DNA of 64,000 bases from Eledone cirrhosa (Eukaryota), in NCBI GenBank assembly GCA_964016885.1, contig OZ024743.1, forward strand, positions 42,408,001 through 42,472,000, in the 5' to 3' direction. Position 1 is the stretch's first letter. Each line of letters begins with the position of its first letter. The notes below the pieces were generated by a model that was given only the letters and a program-made list of their open reading frames with translations, was not told the origin of the DNA and searched no databases. The position numbers and the translations under genes were made by a program. Positions 55,422-64,000 of the stretch are shown piece after piece.

Positions 55422-58400
55422 AATCTATCTATCTACCTGGAATAAGTCAACGGTTTCAGAAGTGGAGAGGAGTTGGCTCCGCCAGATTTACACACCAAAG
55501 ACAAGTCATAAACACAAACAGAGGCCTTTGGACTCTATCAGGCCATAAGACTCCATAGAAGTAAGTTTTTAAAAAAGTTGTTTATATTATATTTACGTCT
55601 CTTTACGTAACATGCAATACTGAATTTACAGCTCTGTCCGTCTTACATATTTGGAAGTATACTCCAACTCTTCATCAATATATGTTAATGTAACATCTTT
55701 TTCTTTGGTGTTCACATATAGCAGTAAAACAAAAAAAACAACAACAAAAAACTCACTGAAGCATTGCTGAATTATTCTCCGGATAACAACTTCTTCACAA
55801 ATCTAGTTTCTTGCAATTTGATTTGATATGATTTTTTTATGGCATCCATTTACTATTATATAATGTGTTTGTTTTTGTTTCGTTTTTATTTTTTCTGGTT
55901 ATAGATTATATTTTGCTTCTTATTCAGCTAGAATTAATGCCTAATTGGAAATTGACAGTAATGCAGCAAGACAAAGCAGACACTGAACATACGTAGAGAG
56001 ATAAAGAAACATCAACACGCTGAAAGCATTACATAAAACGACATCACTCATAATCTGTTACACTTGATTACAATTCAGAAATGATATGTTAGCCACCGAT
56101 ATAACAATCAATATTCGCTTGAATGAATCAGCTATAGTTTTTGATAGATTTTTCCACTGAGCCAAAATATTATTAGAATAAAGTTAATATAGATATTCTA
56201 TTTCCACATCAATTGAACAGAATAGCCGTTTTAGATAAAATTATGTTTATCCTTTCGTAAGCAATCTAGTAATCAAATTATTCATATCATGTTAAATTAT
56301 TGCTTTATTCTCATAGATTCCACGAACTTTGCCTCCTCCCAAACGATTTGATTCTTTCGATCATTCCTTCTCTTTGATCTTCAGCGTAGAATAGTGTTTT
56401 ATACTAAGTCTTTGTCTTCTTCTTATGTCTCATATAGCAATGATGCGAAAGCTATTATTATATCGGCTAAATATAAGAAAATATAATAAATACGACGCAA
56501 GGAAATATTTGTAAACTGGATTAAATATAGTGGATTAATATATATGGGTATGTGTGTGTGTGTGAGAGTTGGTCTGTGTGTGTGTTTGTGTTTGTGTGTG
56601 AGGTTTTCACTGTTTTGGTTTGTGTGTACGTGTTAGTGAATACTTTCTCTCATATCAGTATAGGATCCATTTGGTTAATATTCATCTTCATTCAGTATCC
56701 ATACCATTATCGGATGGAAACTTATTTTTGTATAATGAAGGTCATCTCCATGTCACTATCCCCATCAATGTCATTATCGATATTCCCATTCTGTCTATTG
56801 TTACGATAACCGTACTCGGTAACATTAGATATGTTTATGGGCTTAATTAATAATTTAAGTACTACTCCAGCGTACATATTAACGAATAAATCAGAATATT
56901 AAAATGCTCTTTTTCATCGATACCGATCGTGGAGCTATCGTATTGATATGACAATATAAGACTGTTTGAATATATGTTTCCAAACGCTTCACAATCATAT
57001 CAATGACAATGTTACTCATATCACCAACGTTCGTGTTATGGATCCTGTCAGAAGTGTTACGCTTATTTTTAATTTTATTGTGCTTTATATAATGAAAATA
57101 AAACAAGATTCCCAAACCACTCAGAGATTTAATGGAATGGTTCTTCGTTAGTTTTGATAATGAACCTTTCTATGTTCCGACCAATGGAATAGTATGTGTG
57201 CGAGATTGTATCTGCATCTTACTGAGCATTTCACAAGCACGTGTACGCTTAACCTAATACTGATAGAGATTCCGCGCGATAGACTGTGGCCCTTTGAATA
57301 ACTAATACTCTTCATCTGATGGGCTGCCAAACTGTAGCCTTCAATTCATTTTCACTAAACATACATTTATCGACATATAGGTATTGTAAATGATACTTGA
57401 TTAATATTCCCCGCTTTGAAATCGAGCTTGCAATCTTATAAATGTGATACGTACTTCTTAAACATGCTTTGACCCCTTCCTATGGTTTATATGATTTGCG
57501 AAATAATTGAATTATGTCATATTAACAATAATTATTGATTTTAATTCAGTCTCAAGTTCAGTAATTTATGGGAAGTGTTTTTTTTTTTGTTTTTGTTTTT
57601 GAGTAAATCAACTTCTTAACTTGATTTCTTTTTTATTTCGTAGAGTCTATAGCATAGACGAAAGAATGTTAAATTTCAAAATTGACATTTACGGGATTTT
57701 AACGTAGAGAGCCGGAACAAATATCGCTAGTCATTGTCCTGTAACGACTCCATCAACTCGTAATTGTTGTTATTATTATTTATTAAAATAATGATTTATA
57801 TTTATATAAAACCAAGACAAATAATGTTGCGGTACTTTTTCCAGGTTTTACATTTTTAATTTATAACACTTTGAATTTAGTTTCACTTTTCAGCCATCCG
57901 TGTTGATGAAATATACTTCCCTCGCGTACTGCAGTTGATGTGATCGGAATTGATGATCCTGTGTAAAACGAAGTGACCAAACGAGTAGTAATAAAAACAA
58001 CAATACTATAAAGACATGTCACTGTATGCGAGTTTATTTACCAATCTATTCTTTGGTCAGACACCTTCTATGAATACTCCTTCCACCATGTGTTAAATCT
58101 ACCACTATAATAACAGATTTAAGCAATTCTGAAAACAACCTATAATTTATTATGTTCAATCTATAAATTATATTTTCAGATACTTAAAAACGCATTAATC
58201 AATATTAAATATTTTTATTTTGAAGCTTATTTTAGCCTCATGTCAATTTGCATATTTATTTATTCTTGATATCAAATGGTATTTGGAAATATGTTTGTTT
58301 TTGATTAATGCTAAATATTTTTAGAATACTAGAAAACAAACAAATGAACATCAAAGACAATAAACCAAATAACAAACAACAGCGTTAATAAAACAATCGC

Positions 58401-60387
58401 TTAATAAACAAAAACTATATACAATAAATACAATCAATACACGATATCACACAATTCTTGGTTGTTGCGTTTGTCCGTTTTGTGTGTATTTATTTGTTCA
58501 ATAATCTAACAATGTTACACTATTGGAGGTTTTATAATTTTTAATTAAATGACAACGAGATCAGGGAAATATTTTAGCTTCATATTTTGATATTGTGTTG
58601 CACTATTTTGTTTTGCATTCTATTTCTCTTTTAACAACATGACAATATTCACATGCCAGAAGTTAAAAATACGAGGTTTGAGATTATATTTATTGCATAT
58701 GTTCTTTCCTTGTTCTTATCACTTAAATTTAATTAATAGAGAAACTCCTTTGTTTTACGTGAAGAACTAGCTGCTACTTGTTTGGTCGATACCCAGCAAT
58801 GCAAATAAGTGTTATTAAGACAGTAGTAGTTTATTAAACTGTTATAGGGGTTCAGCAATTGTTAAGGAAGAGAGTGTAATTAATTAAATGGAAAGTCTGT
58901 GTAAGTCAGTCAGCAGTTTAATCAATTCATTAATGTGAATGTAACGTTATCTTATTCTCGTTGAATCAATTTAAATTCACCATGGTAACATTCAATACAA
59001 CAACAATGATTTGGAGAATCATTCCGGGAACTAAGTGTCCCCATATTTCAATGAATACAATAAACACTATCACAAGTCTGGAAGAAAATAAAACTTACAA
59101 TAATGGTGACAAATTAGAAGGCCATTACCGATACGCGAGACAAAAAGTGGTTTAAAGTCATTCCACTTGCTAAGACAAAGTTTAACCTTTTGGCTACAAT
59201 CATAGGGTAATATTTTTAATGAGTCAATATCTTAAGACCAGATGCCATTCCCTATGACAATGACTATATTTAGAAAATGATAATGTGAAGACTCTGTGGA
59301 TTTCATATTATAGTATGATATTGTGTAGAAGCCGAATGAAATGTTTAAACCAAAATATTTATAGCGATTAAGGAATGTATATATTTTTTCGCTTGTAATT
59401 AGCACAGCGTGAATGATAGAAAACTACATTTACAATCACATCCATGTAATATAAGAGACTCCGGGAAATAGCAATAATTATGTCAGCATATACTGTATTT
59501 ACCTTCGTAAACAACATTTGTTAACAATGAATGATTAAGCAATTTTAATTTGCATTGTATCTACACATTCTTTTACAAAGATGGAAGTGCAGCGCATATA
59601 GTCGGGTAAAAGATGCACTAGTGAAAATATTGTAATTTTTGTGATAGATACAATCGTTTCCCGTAGATTTCATTTCAGGTGCTATACTTAGTCCGACTTT
59701 CTGTTTAATTTAAACTAATTCTTTCTTAGGTTCCTCTTGTATTAATTTGGACCGGTCTTTGGTTTAAGGAGTCTTCTTTCCTCGCAACAGTTTCGGCGGC
59801 TCCGAAAAGGGTCATGGGTATTGCCCCTTCTTTCGCAAATTAAATATTAAAACTATATAAAACAATACTGCATTACTCTTTGTATACATTGGTATACATT
59901 TTTCATGTTCAATAAAAAAAAAAATGAATGTTATAATTCATGACGCATTTTCTGAGAAGAATCTGCGTCTTATGCACATCGAAATAAATCTTGAACGATA
60001 TTAATACAAATCACACATTTTTTGGAAGGAAACTGTCACTTACATTGAAGCGACATATTCCGTGTACCTTCTTCAATAAAACACTGAATAATGAATAATA
60101 CAGCAAATACCCTGAAGATTTGAATGCAGAATTTGAAAGCACAGAACGAAATGCCTTAATGGATTCTATTCTGGCATGTATATATTTTGCCCATTCAGCG
60201 CATAATAATTTTATCTACTCAAGCTACAAGACCAATAATTTGTAGGTAAGGGGAACATAGATTAAATCACCCTTAATATTTGAATGGTATATCATTCTCG
60301 ATCCTCGAAGGATGAAAGAAAAAGTTAAACTGTGCAGGGTTTTAACACTGATCCTGAAAAGCCGGAACAACTATTTCGACGACAGTG

Positions 60388-60472
60388 AAGAAGAAGAAGA
60401 AGAAGAAGAAGAAGAAGAAGAAGAAGAAGAAGAAGAAGAAGAAGAAGAAGAAGAGACGATGATGATGATGAT
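60388..60472. repeat. (GAA)n + (GAT)n trinucleotide microsatellite
   Basis: Seen directly; it explains the spurious poly-E and poly-F ORFs. Confidence 0.95.
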
Positions 60473-61138
60473 GTGTGGGAAGGAAAGAAAGAAGGGGAAA
60501 GGTGATAGATGTGGAAGAAACTATGTCACTCTGAATTAAAAGAGCCACCGCATCTCTATTTCTCCATGAATATCTATGACGAGGAGGACAAACTCAACCG
60601 TAGAAATTGTTAGAGAACGACTGGAAATAATGCATTAACCTAATATATTAATATTACAGCTCTTTGAATTATATTCAGAATGCATTGCTAACGGTTGCAC
60701 TAATCATTAGCATGAACAAGTCACGTAAAATGTGTATCAGAGCAAAAAGGAAATGAATAACAGACTCATTGAGCCTAAAACGATGCATAACAAATAATAC
60801 AACAGAAAACTATTTCTTTCGAACTGAGGTTGAAAGATGCATGCTTACTTTGAATTGGATTCATTATTGGCAAGAATATACAGGCCACCTCTTTGTATTT
60901 TGTAATAGGAATAAATTGCTACGCAATATCAGTGTTAATATTTTAAGATATAAATCTGTGTTTTTATTTTTCCTGTTATATCTGGGAGAGGAATGGCAAT
61001 GCTCAATTCATTTTTCAGAATGTTGGAGAGTATTGAGAATGAAGTAGCTTGTTAGACTCAAAACAAATATCTGATTAGACTATTTACAACAGAAAGTATT
61101 CCTTAGAAGAACAATTTATTTTCTCTGTTACTGTGTAG

Positions 61139-61319
61139 TCAAAGAGGAGGGGCGATACCCATGGAAGCTTTACCGCTCATAACACTGGAATTTGGAGATA
61201 TGGTCAGAATTCCTTTAGGAGGAACACTGAAGGGCCTAGAAGATGAGTTAAAACATTTTGATGGGCTTTGTATACAACGCCAGTTGGCAACAGCTGGATA
61301 TGAATTCAGAATGCAATAA
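61139..61319 (+). CDS. Candidate terminal coding exon of an unidentified host gene
   Basis: Pyrimidine tract plus TAG acceptor ending at 61138; open frame QRGGAIPMEALPLITLEFGDMVRIPLGGTLKGLEDELKHFDGLCIQRQLATAGYEFRMQ*; higher GC than the flanks; no homology recognised. Confidence 0.3.
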
Positions 61320-61675
61320 AAAGAAGTGACATAAAACGAAATGCCTCTCCTCAGATTCTCTAACAAATACACCAGTCCATTTCCGCCCTACATTTCAACT
61401 CACAGCTTTTAAACACAGAAAGAATAAACTTTGAATTCAGCATGTCCTGAACTGTGAGAGAACAGAGTCGGTCGAATTGCTACCATGTGATTCATGCTAC
61501 GTTTGAAGGCATTGTGCTGAAAAACCTACACTATCAAAATATAAATTTCAGTAATGTATTTATGAAATATTCTTTTAGACTAAATGCTAAATTTACCCTG
61601 AGATACCCGATTTGTTATATCAGTTTTGATACTCTTCTTAGCACATGTTGCCACTACCCTATGTATTATTTTCGA

Positions 61676-61968
61676 TCATTTACGGGGTCGATAAAATAAA
61701 GTACCAGTAATGCACTGGGTAATTACTGGCCTTGTGCCAAAAGTAGAAACAATTATTTCAACTTAGAATGGTGGATTGGCAGTATCGGTAGAGGGTCGGA
61801 CGCCATGCTTTCCAGCTTAGTTACGTCCCTTTACGATCTGAGTTCAAATCCCGCCGAGGTTGACTTTGCCTTTCATCCTTACGGGGTCGATAAAATAAAG
61901 TACCAGTAATGCACTGGGTAATTGCTGGCCTTGTGCCTAAAGTAGAAACAATTATTTCAACTTAGAAT
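61676..61968 (+). mobile_element. SINE 3' fragment followed by a full tRNA-SINE
   Basis: Fragment 61676-61752 and full copy 61769-61950; attatttcaacttagaat is duplicated on both sides of the second copy. Confidence 0.85.
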
Positions 61969-64000
61969 CCACCGACGTTCTCCAATTTAAGACGGTATAT
62001 TTCAGCAGTCTGAAAGACAAGTCTTCATTTAAATTATTGATTAGTTCGATATATATAGTCGAAATAGTAAAGGTATTTAGTAACGATACAAGAATCATTC
62101 ATTGCAATGATTTCATTCACTAAATAGTCTTTTATTGGTTGCTAATATTGCAAATTAATCTGATCCATTAGCCGTATATTTTCATTATACTGCTATAAGC
62201 GGATTAATGTAACCTTTTCTGACCCACTTACTCAATTATATTCTCTATTAAGTCAAAGTGACCCAGAGTGGCTGATACGTTCTTCAACCTATTCAGAAGG
62301 TTGGTTTGGCTGGAAAATGAATCTATTGATTATAATAGAGAACGTTATCTACAATGGCGTTAAGTCATTCATTATGCATTTACTTTGAATAAATAGCGAC
62401 CGTTTTACCTTTGGAATAATGAAAGTATGATAGTTTCAGGAAATTAATTTCTCGACACTCATTAGCAGCAACAATTGACAAGTGTGAGTTATTTTCCCTT
62501 GAAATACTAAGGTTAACAGATTGTTGTTGAAGCAATCATTTGCCGGGTCCTAAGAATAGAGAATTACTTCCAAATCATTTCCCAGTAAATACAGCCCATA
62601 GAATTTCTTTAGAATTAACGGCAGGTTTCACCCTCAAATTGCTCAAACATTCCATGCAGAAACCTTTATGACGTAGACATTGTATGTATTAGCCTTTATA
62701 TTGAAAATATTTAACAAGGAATTTATAAACTGGTATTGTTTAAATTAACTCAGGTTGAAACTATGTAAAGCTAATTATCTTAAGGGTTCTCTGGAGTGTA
62801 ATTGGATACTCAGTAACCTTAAATTCATGAACAAATTCCACACGAAAGGGAGAATTCTAAAATGAGAGAAATACGTATAAATTACACATGATTTAGAACA
62901 ATGTAGAATGGAGCGCATCTTGTGTTCAAAAGCAAAGGCATGTACAAATAATATAAAATCCCTTCAGCAAAACATAATCAACTCATGTATTAAAAGGTTA
63001 TTGCGAAGATATGAAATTCTGAATATTTGAAAATACAAACATTTTATGGATCAATTCTAGTGCATTACTAGATTATTTAATATCTAATTTAATATATTCA
63101 CTAATAATAGTGGTTATGGATACAGGGTTATTATAGACAGTTAGATACAAACAGTTGGCTTATGATGGGACCCTACCGTTAATTCAAATTATCCAGCTAA
63201 CTCTCGTTTACTGTCCACAGAGCAACAGTATATAAATAATGATATCAATTTTCAGCGACCAATTTAAATTAATTACTTTCAATATCCTACCTCTCCAGAT
63301 ATTATGAATAAAAAAAAGTAGTTTTTTTTACAAACATCTATAATTCGTTTTGTGCTTTCTTCATGCAGATATAAAGAAATTATTTTTATCCATATTCATA
63401 TTTCTATCTTTAGATCTATAAACATCTCTTCAAACAAATAAAATAATTCCTGTGTTTCATCCACATGCAGTTGTATTTCCTAAATGCAGTTTAAGATTTC
63501 TATATTCTTTCGTGATACCAGTACTTTAATTCAGTGCTATTTTCTTGTATAGGAATATGCATGGATCGTGGTTTTGCTCTCTATATGGTTATATATGACA
63601 TAAAAATTAAGCCAAACCCGAGACCATACTGATTAAACTATTCTACCATTAATTTTTCATTGTTGATAATATGTCAGTCGCAACCCTTGGTATGAGTGTT
63701 ACCAGTTTTTCAGTAATAGTACTCTCCATTTGAACAAGAAAACTGTGACGTATCACGTACTAATTGTATATATACGCCAGAATACAATTCACACATTTAG
63801 AAACATCTGATAATTGTTTCTTGGAAAGCATTATAACAAAAAATAATTTATAATCGCAAAAAACATTTGAAATGCTTTTAGAATCGACACAGATATATAT
63901 ATATGATTTTCATTGTTTAATGAGGAGATGATTAATTACCTGGCCAAATAAATTTATGGTTATTGCTCTCTAGACTGTTATGGACAACAGGCAATGTACA

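Noticed and set aside
60312-60548. Poly-Glu and poly-Phe ORFs
   Set aside because: They arise from a (GAA)n microsatellite following a decayed SINE-like fragment.

Overview
AT-rich, microsatellite-dense animal genomic DNA. The tRNA-SINE family and the very high (TA)n load suggest an octopod cephalopod; this is an inference and was not verified. No intact host gene is recognisable, only one or two weak exon candidates. About 55 kb is a patchwork of retroelements, most sitting in (TA)n tracts. These are two full-length but disrupted Penelope-like elements of Naiad type (6711-12394 minus; 42073-45948 plus), three other Penelope fragments, a near-full-length Tx1/L1-clade LINE bounded by (GATA)n plus a truncated sister copy, a 5'-inverted RTE LINE, an R4/Dong fragment, tRNA-derived SINEs and a possible Helitron end. 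The most striking structure, read by eye, is about 20 type I hammerhead ribozyme (HHR) motifs from at least 8 unrelated sequence families. Most lie in short (0.2-0.9 kb) non-coding elements that share one architecture: (TA)n - inverted copy - direct or partial-tandem copy - (TA)n. Several families show helix covariation, one carries a conserved variant core (CAGAAGA), and three are fold-back elements whose inversion point lies inside the ribozyme. All folds are manual predictions and no activity has been shown.
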